Positions 28,316-37,427 of a DNA stretch of 64,000 bases are shown piece after piece. The notes below the pieces were generated by a model. It did not search any database. It was given only the letters and a program-made list of their open reading frames with translations, and was not told the DNA's origin. The stretch spans positions 144,532 through 208,531 of the forward strand of contig CAILLM010000004.1 of assembly GCA_903835075.1 (NCBI GenBank), written 5' to 3'. The stretch's first letter is position 1. Every line of letters starts with the position of its first letter. The translations under genes were made by a program, and so were the position numbers. This DNA is from Candidatus Staskawiczbacteria bacterium (GTDB lineage: Bacteria; Patescibacteriota; Minisyncoccia; Minisyncoccales; Staskawiczbacteraceae).

Positions 28316-28344
28316 ATTATAGCATAATAATAAACCGTTGTCAA
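28316..28344 (-). promoter_or_regulatory. perfect TTGACA-17-TATAAT promoter (minus strand)
   Basis: Reverse complement reads TTGACAacggtttattattatgcTATAAT. Confidence 0.65.
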
Positions 28345-28416
28345 TAGCAGGGCATCTTGAGCTGATATTTTAGGTCTTGCACCCGCCTTTAAAAAGTAGT
28401 AAAATAAGGTAATAAT

Positions 28417-29562
28417 ATGAATAAGAATATTGTAATAAATGACCCTAATGAGGGCGTTTTAATTAAGGCGTTAGAAGAAAGAACTGACATTAAGGCTGAA
28501 AGAATAAAAAGGCTTTTGACTTTGCCTGATTTAACTAAAAAGGATAATTCTCCTGTGAAGATTTTGGTTGACCGCATTTTAGAACTGCCAAGGTTTGCTG
28601 ATTTTGATTTAATTGAAATTCCCAAAATAGCAACCGTAGAAAAAGAATTTGATATTCTTAATTCTCCTAAAGACCACCCAACCAGAAGAGAAACCGACAC
28701 ATTTTTTATAGACAATACCAACCACTTACGTACACAAATGACAGTAATGTGGTCTTATTATTTGAAAAATCCTGAAATTTTAGAAAAACTGGAAAAAGAA
28801 GGAGAAGTAAAAGCATTGTCTACGGGAATAGTTTTTAGAAAAGATGAAATTGATAGAAAACATTTTCCTGCTTTTCACCAAATTGACGGATTGTTAATTT
28901 GTAAAAAAGAAAAGAAAATTATAACGCTAGATGACTTGAAGGAGGTTGAGAAAGACATGACAGAAAGCATTTTTGGAAAAGATATAGAGTACAGATTTTT
29001 GGTTGATTCATTCCCTTTTACAGACCCTTCGGTGCAAATTGAAATTATGTCTAATGGGGATTGGATGGAAGTTGTTGGTTCAGGTTTGGTGCATCCGCAA
29101 GTTTTAATAAATTTGGGCTTAGACCCAGAAGTTTATAATGGTTGGGCATTTGGTTTTGGAATTGAACGTTTGGCTATGGTAAAAATGGGGATTCCTGATA
29201 TTAGAATTTTATGGTCTGGCGACGAAAGAATCACAAGTCAATTTAAAGACATAAATAGTAAATTTGCCCCAGTAAGTAAATTTCCATCAACTTCACGTGA
29301 CATATCTTTTATAATTGATAAAAACATAAACTTAAATAATTATTACGAGATTGTGCGCGACTTCGCTGAAAACTTAATTGAAGAAGTAAAATTAGTTGAT
29401 GAATTTGAAGATGACGCAAAATTTGGAGCAGATAAGAAGAGCTATACTTTTAGAATTGTTTACTGCTCGCCAGAAAAAACTTTAACCAATGAAGAAGTAA
29501 ATAAAATTCAAGACGAAATTCGCGCAGAAACAGTTAAGGAATTAAATGCAGTATTAAGATAA
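28417..29562 (+). CDS. pheS: phenylalanine-tRNA ligase, single-chain form (alpha catalytic core plus C-terminal FDX-ACB-like domain)
   Basis: DHPTRRETDTFF, motif 2 GIVFRKDEIDRKHFPAFHQIDG, motif 3 GWAFGFGIERLAM. A ~95-aa tail follows (SKFPSTSRDISFII...KKSYTFRIVYCSPEKTLTNEEVN), like the ferredoxin-fold anticodon-binding domain. Confidence 0.8.
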   Translation: MNKNIVINDPNEGVLIKALEERTDIKAERIKRLLTLPDLTKKDNSPVKILVDRILELPRFADFDLIEIPKIATVEKEFDILNSPKDHPTRRETDTFFIDNTNHLRTQMTVMWSYYLKNPEILEKLEKEGEVKALSTGIVFRKDEIDRKHFPAFHQIDGLLICKKEKKIITLDDLKEVEKDMTESIFGKDIEYRFLVDSFPFTDPSVQIEIMSNGDWMEVVGSGLVHPQVLINLGLDPEVYNGWAFGFGIERLAMVKMGIPDIRILWSGDERITSQFKDINSKFAPVSKFPSTSRDISFIIDKNINLNNYYEIVRDFAENLIEEVKLVDEFEDDAKFGADKKSYTFRIVYCSPEKTLTNEEVNKIQDEIRAETVKELNAVLR

Positions 29563-29565
29563 AAT

Positions 29566-30084
29566 ATGCCTTACAAAGAAGATATATTAGAAAAAGAGGG
29601 CGAAGCAGTTGAAGGAACTGTTGAAATTTGGAAACACGAATTGCCCGAAACGATTAGGGATGTTTCAGGAAAAATGATTTTAAAAGAAGAAAAATTTAAA
29701 CAGTATGATGGAGAAATAATAAGACTGGCCGAAATTGATGGTTGGGAAGAGGAAGTTATTAAGGGGCTAAAAGACAAAAAAGAATCTAATAATTTTTGGG
29801 TAATGTTTTCGTCAACCGAAGCTGAGGCGGCCTTTAACGGTGGCGATGGAATGGTTATGACTTCGGGTTTTAAACCATTCTATATTAATGCACGATATGA
29901 TAATGCTTGGAGTCGCATGTGCGAACAGTTTCCCGAAGATATCAAAAGATCTGTAGAGCTTACTGATGGTCAATTTGATAGGGAAGACCGCCAAATGTCA
30001 GAAGAAGAAAAAGAATCATTCAGCAGGTTGGCACTTTATTTGAATGAACAAGAAAAAATTTCAGCAGCGTTTCTTTGGCAATAA
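29566..30084 (+). CDS. hypothetical acidic protein
   Basis: 172-aa ORF starting 4 nt after pheS; no motif recognised. Confidence 0.5.
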   Translation: MPYKEDILEKEGEAVEGTVEIWKHELPETIRDVSGKMILKEEKFKQYDGEIIRLAEIDGWEEEVIKGLKDKKESNNFWVMFSSTEAEAAFNGGDGMVMTSGFKPFYINARYDNAWSRMCEQFPEDIKRSVELTDGQFDREDRQMSEEEKESFSRLALYLNEQEKISAAFLWQ

Positions 30085-30113
30085 TTTAAATTTAAAAAAT
30101 AGTAAAAGATAAT

Positions 30114-32261
30114 ATGAAACTAAACATAAAATCCCACGAGGACGAGGTGGAGAAAAAAACAATAGCAAAGTCGGAAAAAAATCTGGCGACAAAAAAAGTA
30201 GAAACAAAAAAAGCAGAAAAACCTGCTAAGGTTTTAGCCGAAAAGAAAGAAAAAGCAGAAGCAAAAAAGGATGAGCGAAAAACAGAAGTCGAAGACAAAA
30301 AAGTTTCATCGGTTTTGTCTAAAGAAGAACCTAAAATTGAAGCTAAGAAAGTTAGGAAAGAAGGGGAATATACTGCCAAAGATATTTATGTCTTAAAGGG
30401 TTTAGAGCCTGTTAGATTGCGTCCTGGAATGTATATTGGTTCAACTGGTGTTGATGGTTTGCATCACTTAATTTGGGAGGTTGTAGACAACTGTTTAGAT
30501 GAAGCAATGGCTGGATATGCAAAAAATATTGAAGTAACTTTATTGCCAGAAAATAGAGTAAGTATTTCAGATGATGGTAGGGGAATTCCAGTTGAAAAAC
30601 ACCCAGACACAGGCAAATCTACATTAGAAACAGTTTTAACAACCTTGCATGCGGGCGGAAAATTTGGAGGAGAAGCTTATAAGGTTTCAGGAGGTTTGCA
30701 TGGAGTTGGTATTTCAGTTGTTTGTGCGTTGTCTAATTATATGCAAGCTGAAGTTCGTAGAGATGGCGGAGTTTACCAACAAGAATATTATAGGGGAGTA
30801 CCAAAAGGCCCAGTAAAAAAAGTTGGTGAATCAAAAACATCGGGAACAACTCAAACTTTTGAAGCAGATGATACAATTTTTTCAAAAATAGAATACAATC
30901 CAAAAACAATTTTAAACCACTTAAGGCAACAAGCTTATTTAACAAAAGGAGTTAGAATCACCTTTAACGACAAAAGGAAAAAGGACGAAGAATCAAGTTA
31001 CACTTTTTATTTTGAGGGAGGTGTTGGTTCTTATGTAAAATATTTGCTTGGTGGGAATACTGCAAGGCACTCAAACATATTTTCAGTGGCGGGAGAAAAA
31101 GACGGCATTGCTGTTGAAGTAGCCTTTCAATACACGCAAGAAATGGAATGCACAGAAGAATCTTTTGCAAATAATATTTATACAGTAGAAGGAGGAACGC
31201 ACGTTTCTGGTTTTAGAACTGCGCTAACAAGGTCTTTAAACGATTATGCTAGACGTGAAGGCTTCTTAAAAGAAAAAGATGAAAACTTTTCTGGAGATGA
31301 TGTGCGTGAAGGTTTAACCGCCGTTGTATCTGTAAAAATACGTACGCCTCAATTTGAAGGACAAACAAAAGCTAAATTAGGAAACCCAGAAGCAAAAGCC
31401 GCAGTTGAAGCTGCAACATCAGAAGGACTGTCTGACTATTTGGAAAGAAATCCCTCAGACGCCAAGGCAATTATAGAAAATTGTTTGTTGGCAACGAAGG
31501 CAAGATTGGCCGCAAAAGCTGCCAGACAAACAGTGCTAAGAAAGGGAGCTTTGGAGGGATTGGCATTGCCAGGAAAATTGGCAGATTGCTTATCCCGCAA
31601 ACCAGAAGAATCAGAAATTTATATTGTTGAGGGAGATTCTGCTGGAGGCAGTTCAAAACAGGCTAGAGATAGAAGATTTCAAGCAATTTTACCTTTGCGT
31701 GGAAAGATTTTGAATGTAGAAAGGGCAAGATTAGATAAAATGTTAGCCTCAAAAGAAATTAAGGCCTTAATTATTGCCATGGGAACTGGAATTGGTGAAG
31801 ACTTTGATATTGAAAAATTAAGATATCACCGCATTGTTATTATGACTGATGCTGACGTTGACGGCGCTCACATTAGAACTTTGCTTTTAACATTCTTTTA
31901 TAGACACTTTAAGCCAGTTGTTGAAGCAGGCCACATTTATATTGCTCAACCACCGCTATATAAAGTTTCATTTGGAAAAAATTCTCAGTATGCCTATACC
32001 GATGAACAGCGTGATAAAATTTTAAAAGACATGGGAAAAACAACAGCTACAATTCAACGATACAAGGGTTTAGGAGAAATGAATCCCGAACAACTTTGGG
32101 AAACAACAATGAATCCCGAAAACAGAACTTTATTGCAAGTTGCAGTTGAAGAACCACGTGACGCAGATAAAACTTTGGATATATTAATGGGTGAGGAAGT
32201 TGAACCAAGAAAGAAATTTATTCAAACCCACGCTAAGGCAGCTAAAAACATAGACACTTAG
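30114..32261 (+). CDS. gyrB: DNA gyrase subunit B with a ~85-aa Lys/Glu-rich N-terminal extension
   Basis: LEPVRLRPGMYIGS, HHLIWEVVDNCLDEA, GGLHGVG, EGDSAGG, PLRGKILNVE, IMTDADVDGAHI. Confidence 0.95.
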   Translation: MKLNIKSHEDEVEKKTIAKSEKNLATKKVETKKAEKPAKVLAEKKEKAEAKKDERKTEVEDKKVSSVLSKEEPKIEAKKVRKEGEYTAKDIYVLKGLEPVRLRPGMYIGSTGVDGLHHLIWEVVDNCLDEAMAGYAKNIEVTLLPENRVSISDDGRGIPVEKHPDTGKSTLETVLTTLHAGGKFGGEAYKVSGGLHGVGISVVCALSNYMQAEVRRDGGVYQQEYYRGVPKGPVKKVGESKTSGTTQTFEADDTIFSKIEYNPKTILNHLRQQAYLTKGVRITFNDKRKKDEESSYTFYFEGGVGSYVKYLLGGNTARHSNIFSVAGEKDGIAVEVAFQYTQEMECTEESFANNIYTVEGGTHVSGFRTALTRSLNDYARREGFLKEKDENFSGDDVREGLTAVVSVKIRTPQFEGQTKAKLGNPEAKAAVEAATSEGLSDYLERNPSDAKAIIENCLLATKARLAAKAARQTVLRKGALEGLALPGKLADCLSRKPEESEIYIVEGDSAGGSSKQARDRRFQAILPLRGKILNVERARLDKMLASKEIKALIIAMGTGIGEDFDIEKLRYHRIVIMTDADVDGAHIRTLLLTFFYRHFKPVVEAGHIYIAQPPLYKVSFGKNSQYAYTDEQRDKILKDMGKTTATIQRYKGLGEMNPEQLWETTMNPENRTLLQVAVEEPRDADKTLDILMGEEVEPRKKFIQTHAKAAKNIDT

Positions 32262-32280
32262 AAATTAAAAATTATTACTT

Positions 32281-32538
32281 ATGGTATTTGATCAATTTAA
32301 AAAAATGGCGGAGTTAAAAAAACTCCAAGACAGTTTTAAAAAAGAAAAAGAAGTTGTTGAACGAGATGGAATTTCTGTTGAGATCAATGGGGGTTTTGAA
32401 ATAGAAAATATAAAGTTAAATCCCGAATTAAGCACGGAAAAACAGCAGGAAATTTTGAAAAGGTGCTTGAATGAAGCTAGGGAAACTATACAAAAGCGTT
32501 TGGCTAAAATGATGATGGCCTCGGGGATAGGTTTCTAA
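32281..32538 (+). CDS. YbaB/EbfC-family nucleoid-associated protein
   Basis: 85 aa; the size and the MAELKKLQ...VEINGGFEIENIKLNPEL pattern fit this family. Confidence 0.6.
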   Translation: MVFDQFKKMAELKKLQDSFKKEKEVVERDGISVEINGGFEIENIKLNPELSTEKQQEILKRCLNEARETIQKRLAKMMMASGIGF

Positions 32539-32541
32539 TTC

Positions 32542-32570
32542 TTGACAACAAAAGTAAAATCGGCTATTAT
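32542..32570 (+). promoter_or_regulatory. TTGACA-17-TATTAT promoter-like site upstream of secE
   Basis: TTGACA 32542-32547; TATTAT 32565-32570. Confidence 0.45.
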
Positions 32571-32615
32571 TACCATGTAAACATAAATAGCCGCCTTGGG
32601 GCGGTTTTAAAAACC

Positions 32616-32810
32616 ATGACAATTACGCAAAAAATAAATGTATTTTTTAAAGAAGTATGGGTTGAAATGAAAAGGGTCAGTTGGCTTTCTAATAAAGATG
32701 TTTTAAAGTATACAGGAATTGTATTCGCAGTAGTAATAATTTCAGCTGCCTTTTTGGGCGGTTTAGATTATATTTTTACAGAAATTATTAAGATTTTAAT
32801 TTTAAGGTAA
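32616..32810 (+). CDS. secE: preprotein translocase subunit SecE
   Basis: 64 aa, single C-terminal TM, EVWVEMKRVSW motif, directly upstream of nusG. Confidence 0.8.
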   Translation: MTITQKINVFFKEVWVEMKRVSWLSNKDVLKYTGIVFAVVIISAAFLGGLDYIFTEIIKILILR

Positions 32811-32811
32811 T

Positions 32812-33360
32812 ATGCCAAAACAAGTCATAGAACAAGAGAAAAATTGGTACGTTATTCATACCTATTCAGGATATGAAGATGCTGTTGCAAAAAATCTTAA
32901 ACAAAGAATTGAGAGTTTGGGCATGGAAGATCAAATTTTCAATGTTATAGTTCCAAAAGAAAAAAAGATTAAAATAAAAAACGGAAAAAGAAAAACCATT
33001 GAAGAAAAAATTTATCCAGGATATGTTTTGGTTCAAATGGTAGTTAATGATGAATCTTGGTATGTTGTTAGAAACACTCCAAGAGTCACAGGATTTTTGG
33101 GAGCAGGAACAACCCCAATTCCAGTTTCAAAAGTTGAAATGGATGATTTAATGAAAAGAATGGAAGTTGGCGAACCAGAATTTACAATTGACTTTGAAGT
33201 TGGAGGAATGGTTAAAATTGTTGATGGACCATTTAAAGGTTTTGAAGCAAAAGTTTCAGAAGTTGATAGAGAAAGAGGCAAAATCAAAGTATTGGTAAAT
33301 ATGTTTGGAAGAGACACATCGGTAGAGTTAGATTCATTACAAATAAAAAAATCAGAATAA
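32812..33360 (+). CDS. nusG: transcription termination/antitermination factor NusG
   Basis: NWYVIHTYSGYE (NGN domain) and KOW motif GMVKIVDGPFKGFEAKV. Confidence 0.95.
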   Translation: MPKQVIEQEKNWYVIHTYSGYEDAVAKNLKQRIESLGMEDQIFNVIVPKEKKIKIKNGKRKTIEEKIYPGYVLVQMVVNDESWYVVRNTPRVTGFLGAGTTPIPVSKVEMDDLMKRMEVGEPEFTIDFEVGGMVKIVDGPFKGFEAKVSEVDRERGKIKVLVNMFGRDTSVELDSLQIKKSE

Positions 33361-33441
33361 TCGATAGCTAATTAACACATTGCCTTGGCTTATCCAATAT
33401 TTATTGTATCTGTCACTACATAGTGTGTAATTAAAAAAAAT

Positions 33442-33867
33442 ATGGCAAAAGAAATTAAAGCCGTAGTAAAGGTACAAATTCAAGCCGGCAAAGCAACACC
33501 AGCACCTCCAATTGGACCAGCATTGGCTCCTCATGGATTAAACATTGCAGAGTTCTGTCAAAAGTTTAATGCAGCAACTCAAGAAATGTCTGGTTACACA
33601 ATTCCAGCTGAAGTGACAATTTTTAAAGATAGAAGTTTTTCTTTCATATTAAAAACACCTTTGGCCGCAGAATTAATTAGAAAAGCAATTGGAATTGAAA
33701 AGGGTTCAGGAACTCCAAATAAAACAAAAGTTGGAAAAATTACCAAAGCTCAATTAGCAGAAATAGCAAAGAAAAAAATGCCTGATTTAAACACTACAGA
33801 CATAGAACAAGCAATTAAAATAATTGCCGGCACAGCTAAAAATATGGGAGTTGAAGTAAAAGACTAG
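33442..33867 (+). CDS. rplK: 50S ribosomal protein L11
   Basis: [23 protein letters not shown]... Confidence 0.95.
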   Translation: MAKEIKAVVKVQIQAGKATPAPPIGPALAPHGLNIAEFCQKFNAATQEMSGYTIPAEVTIFKDRSFSFILKTPLAAELIRKAIGIEKGSGTPNKTKVGKITKAQLAEIAKKKMPDLNTTDIEQAIKIIAGTAKNMGVEVKD

Positions 33868-33884
33868 CGCAAGCTAGTTTTTTA

Positions 33885-35237
33885 TTGATTAGTAAAATAA
33901 TTTTTAAAACAATGGATAATGAGCCAAAATTAGACAATAGGCCCGATGACGAATTAAAGAAATTTACTAAGGATTATTCTTCTTGGGGTAGAGATGAACT
34001 TACTGAAAAAATTAGATTTTATAGGGAAAAAGGCGAGCAATTAAGTCCTGAACAGAAAAAATCTAAAATTGATGAAGAAAGAAGAAAGTTTTTTGGGGAA
34101 CAGCAGGAACTTTACAATGAATTTAAGTCTGATTTAGAAAATGGCGCCCGATCAGTTAAGGGGCTGTCAGAAAAATATCATGCTTTTTTTGTGCATGCTA
34201 TGCCTGTGGTTGAGCATCTTAAGGCAAATACAGGCATGAATAATAATGTTTCTCCAGAACAAATGACAGTAGAGGAAAAAATCGATGCTCTTATAAATAT
34301 ATCTCCAACGGTTTCTGCTTCAGCTATTAAGCCAGAGGAAGGAAAAATAGCAACCATGTATCCTTTTGGACTATTGATCAGGGAAGGAGTTATTTTGAGT
34401 GCTTATAGGAATGATGCAGGAACTTTTGCGGAAGATGTTACTAAAAGAAAATCTAAGCATGACCCAGAAGCTCAAGTTACCTCTGTACAAAGAAACATAG
34501 AAAGAAAGATAGACATAGCCATTGGAGATGCTAACCCAGAGCATGATGAGTATGTTGGATTCGGTGCTAAAGATGGAATAAATGAATTTGTAGTTGAGCA
34601 ACCAGTTTTTGATGCTTTTTACATAAATCTTGATTCTGCACAGATTGGAAACGACGAGAGGGAAGAAGTAAAAAAAATTATTTTTGAAAAATATCCGAAT
34701 ATTCCAGTGGTATTGGTTGGAGGGGGCGGAAAAATTATCTCATTTGAAGCAGAAAAAAGAAATGGAGTTTTTGAACAACATAAAAAAAATGAATATGAAT
34801 TACCTAAAAAAGAAAATTCTATGGCTGTGGACAAGGCAGTTGGAACGTCGTATTTTTTATGTGATTTGGAAAAAATTGCCTCTGTTTTTCCCACAATAGA
34901 GGGCATTCTTAAAAAAAGAGATGCACTCAGTTTCTCTTTTTTGGGTAAAGAAGGTTTCCAGACTATTAAAGATGGATTAACTAATAATGAGGCCGGGAAA
35001 CATGAGTTTATTGCATTTATTGAAAAATATGCCGAAGATGCTAAGGGCCAGTATAAATCTCGTCGTGTTAAAACCGCAAGGAGCGACGACTTTGCCACGT
35101 TTTCCATTCTAAAAAAAGACTATGAAGAATGGAGAAATAATTTTAAAGATGGAATTCGTGGTCTTTCCAGCGCTGCCATTGAGGCGGGTGATTTAAATTT
35201 TGCGGCAAATTTATTGGAAGTGGTAGACGAGTTATAA
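33885..35237 (+). CDS. hypothetical protein occupying the position where rplA usually follows rplK
   Basis: 450-aa ORF (likely start ATG 33912, MDNEPK); no motif recognised. Confidence 0.5.
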   Translation: MISKIIFKTMDNEPKLDNRPDDELKKFTKDYSSWGRDELTEKIRFYREKGEQLSPEQKKSKIDEERRKFFGEQQELYNEFKSDLENGARSVKGLSEKYHAFFVHAMPVVEHLKANTGMNNNVSPEQMTVEEKIDALINISPTVSASAIKPEEGKIATMYPFGLLIREGVILSAYRNDAGTFAEDVTKRKSKHDPEAQVTSVQRNIERKIDIAIGDANPEHDEYVGFGAKDGINEFVVEQPVFDAFYINLDSAQIGNDEREEVKKIIFEKYPNIPVVLVGGGGKIISFEAEKRNGVFEQHKKNEYELPKKENSMAVDKAVGTSYFLCDLEKIASVFPTIEGILKKRDALSFSFLGKEGFQTIKDGLTNNEAGKHEFIAFIEKYAEDAKGQYKSRRVKTARSDDFATFSILKKDYEEWRNNFKDGIRGLSSAAIEAGDLNFAANLLEVVDEL

Positions 35238-35248
35238 TTTTAGACATT

Positions 35249-35278
35249 CAACAATCTCATAAGTGAGATTGTTTTTTT
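35249..35278. terminator. terminator between convergent genes
   Basis: CAACAATCTCAtaagTGAGATTGTTTTTTT. Confidence 0.7.
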
Positions 35279-35316
35279 GTAAAAAAAGATTCCCAGTGCA
35301 GGGCAAAGGGAATTGC

Positions 35317-36651
35317 TTAAGATGTAAAATCTTTGTAGATTGCGCGGACTGCCTCCTCGTAATCTTTTTCATTCACTCCAATGATGATGCTAATAGCGCT
35401 GGCGCCTTGATTAATCATCCGGATATTAATTTTTGCATTTGATAGCGATTGGCACAGGCGGGCTGCAACTCCGGGAGTTTCAACCATATCATGGATTGCT
35501 ACGCAAATTAGCGCCATGACCTCAACGGTTATTAGGTCGGGTTTGCATGCGAGGCCAATCTTTTCGATGACGGACTTTCGGGATGCTTCGAAATCTTTGT
35601 TCGCAACAATCACGCTAAGAGTGTCGATACCACCAGGAACGTGCTCCACATTGATGCCATGATTTTCCATAATTTGGCAGGTCGACCTTAGAAAGCCAAC
35701 CTCGTTATTCATGCCGGCTTTTTCAAGCCTAATGACCGAGAAGCCTTTCTTCCCGGCGATTCCGATTAAAGATCCCGGCACTCTCGTGTCGTTATCAATC
35801 TTGCAAGAGATGAGAGTCCCTTTGTCGTCGGGCTCGTTTGTATTCCGCACATTGATTGGAATATTGCCCATGCGAGCCGGCAAGATAGCTTCGTCGTGAA
35901 GCACTTTGGCACCCATATAAGCAAGCTCTCGCAATTCTGGAAAGGTTAGTGCATCAATTTTGCGTGGATTCTCTACAATCCTTGGATCTGCCATCATTAC
36001 TCCTGATACGTCCTTCCAATTTTCGTAGATATCAGCGTCAATGCAGAAAGCTACTGCTGCTCCGCTAATATCAGATCCATCGCGCGGGAAGGTTATAACC
36101 CCTCCGTATCGTATGCTTGTTCCATAGAATCCGGGCACAACAATACCTTCTGCTTCGGCAAGTTTCCTTTTAAGACTAGTAGCACGCGCCCATTTTTTTG
36201 ATTCGTTTAAGTCGAATATGCCATTTCCGTCAAAGACAACAAAACTGGTAGCATCGACAAAGCGGTATCCAAGGGCCTCGGCCAAAATCTGTGCCATCCA
36301 GTATTCTCCACGGCTTGCAAGGAAGTCTTTTCTGCGATCAGCTTTTATATGCTTGAGAGACTCTATTGCTTCATTAAACCAAAGACGAAAAGCTATTTTT
36401 AAACCAAGTCCGTTTATTATGGCCTGGTACCTGGAGATTATTGTGGCTGCCGCTTCTCTTCGTGTAGTTTCACACGGAGGATTAACCAAGGTGTAAAGTA
36501 AATCTGTTATCTTTTGATCGGTAGGGCTGGCTATGCCAGGCGCAGAAACTACTATACAGCGGCGTTCTTTGTCTGCCCTAATTATTTCAAGAACTTTTGC
36601 AATTTGCGCAGCGTTGGCGAGGGGACCCCCTCCAAATTTGCATGTTTTCAT
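35317..36651 (-). CDS. aspartate kinase with C-terminal ACT domains
   Basis: CKFGGGPLANAAQI, IVVSAPG, ACT-like tail ...PGVAARLCQSLSNAKINIRMINQGAS; GC-richer than the flanks. Confidence 0.85.
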   Translation of the reverse strand: MKTCKFGGGPLANAAQIAKVLEIIRADKERRCIVVSAPGIASPTDQKITDLLYTLVNPPCETTRREAAATIISRYQAIINGLGLKIAFRLWFNEAIESLKHIKADRRKDFLASRGEYWMAQILAEALGYRFVDATSFVVFDGNGIFDLNESKKWARATSLKRKLAEAEGIVVPGFYGTSIRYGGVITFPRDGSDISGAAVAFCIDADIYENWKDVSGVMMADPRIVENPRKIDALTFPELRELAYMGAKVLHDEAILPARMGNIPINVRNTNEPDDKGTLISCKIDNDTRVPGSLIGIAGKKGFSVIRLEKAGMNNEVGFLRSTCQIMENHGINVEHVPGGIDTLSVIVANKDFEASRKSVIEKIGLACKPDLITVEVMALICVAIHDMVETPGVAARLCQSLSNAKINIRMINQGASAISIIIGVNEKDYEEAVRAIYKDFTS

Positions 36652-36886
36652 TGGTGTATTTTTATCTGGTTGTGAAGGTTCATTTAATTAACTAGTATAA
36701 AAATTTTACAACATAGACTTGTTTTTGTAAAGGATTGCCCCCCATAATTAATTTTGGTAGAATTATAAAACATTAATCAATTAAACTGCAAGCGAATAAT
36801 GTGTTCAGCGTAAATGAGGCCTAAATGTATAAGATATACCATAGCCTCATTTCCGAAGCAACCTTGTTCGCCTCGCTCACAAGGCC

Positions 36887-37426
36887 GTGGAAGAAGTAAA
36901 ACAAACGCCACAAGATGTAAAAAATACTGATACTAAAGAAGAAAAACGTGTCCGGCCTTCTTGGGATGAGTATTTTTTGGGTTTACTGGAGCCATTAAGT
37001 AAAAGGGGTAGCTGTGATAGGGGCAGTCAGTCTGCAATGATAGTAAGCCCTGGACATACAATCATTGCCACTGGTTATGCGGGCTCACCTCCAGGAATGC
37101 CTCATTGCGATGAAGTAGGTCACATGATGAATACGGTAATTCATGAAGACGGCACTCAATCTCAACACTGCGTCAGGACAATCCACGGTGAGGAAAATGC
37201 AATTTTGCAATGCGCTAAAGATGGAGTGAAAATTGAGGGCGGTACTATGTATATGCGTATGTCGCCTTGTTATAATTGTGCAATGAGAATTATTAGGGTG
37301 GGCATAAAAAGAGTGGTGTCTCAAAAAAAATATCATGCAGGTCAAAAATCAATTGATATGTTAGAGAAATGTGGCGTAAAAGTTGATATTATGGAGAATG
37401 AGGTAATGCAATATAAAAATCAATAG
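36887..37426 (+). CDS. dCMP deaminase (CMP/dCMP-type zinc deaminase)
   Basis: GTG start; HGEENAI and PCYNCAMRI zinc motifs. Confidence 0.8.
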   Translation: MEEVKQTPQDVKNTDTKEEKRVRPSWDEYFLGLLEPLSKRGSCDRGSQSAMIVSPGHTIIATGYAGSPPGMPHCDEVGHMMNTVIHEDGTQSQHCVRTIHGEENAILQCAKDGVKIEGGTMYMRMSPCYNCAMRIIRVGIKRVVSQKKYHAGQKSIDMLEKCGVKVDIMENEVMQYKNQ

Positions 37427-37427
37427 C

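Noticed and set aside
30092-30379. 95-aa minus-strand ORF (Ser/Phe-rich) and similar antisense ORFs at 57104-57436
   Set aside because: They are the antisense of the Lys/Glu/Ala-rich extensions of gyrB and rpsP, a low-complexity mirror artefact.
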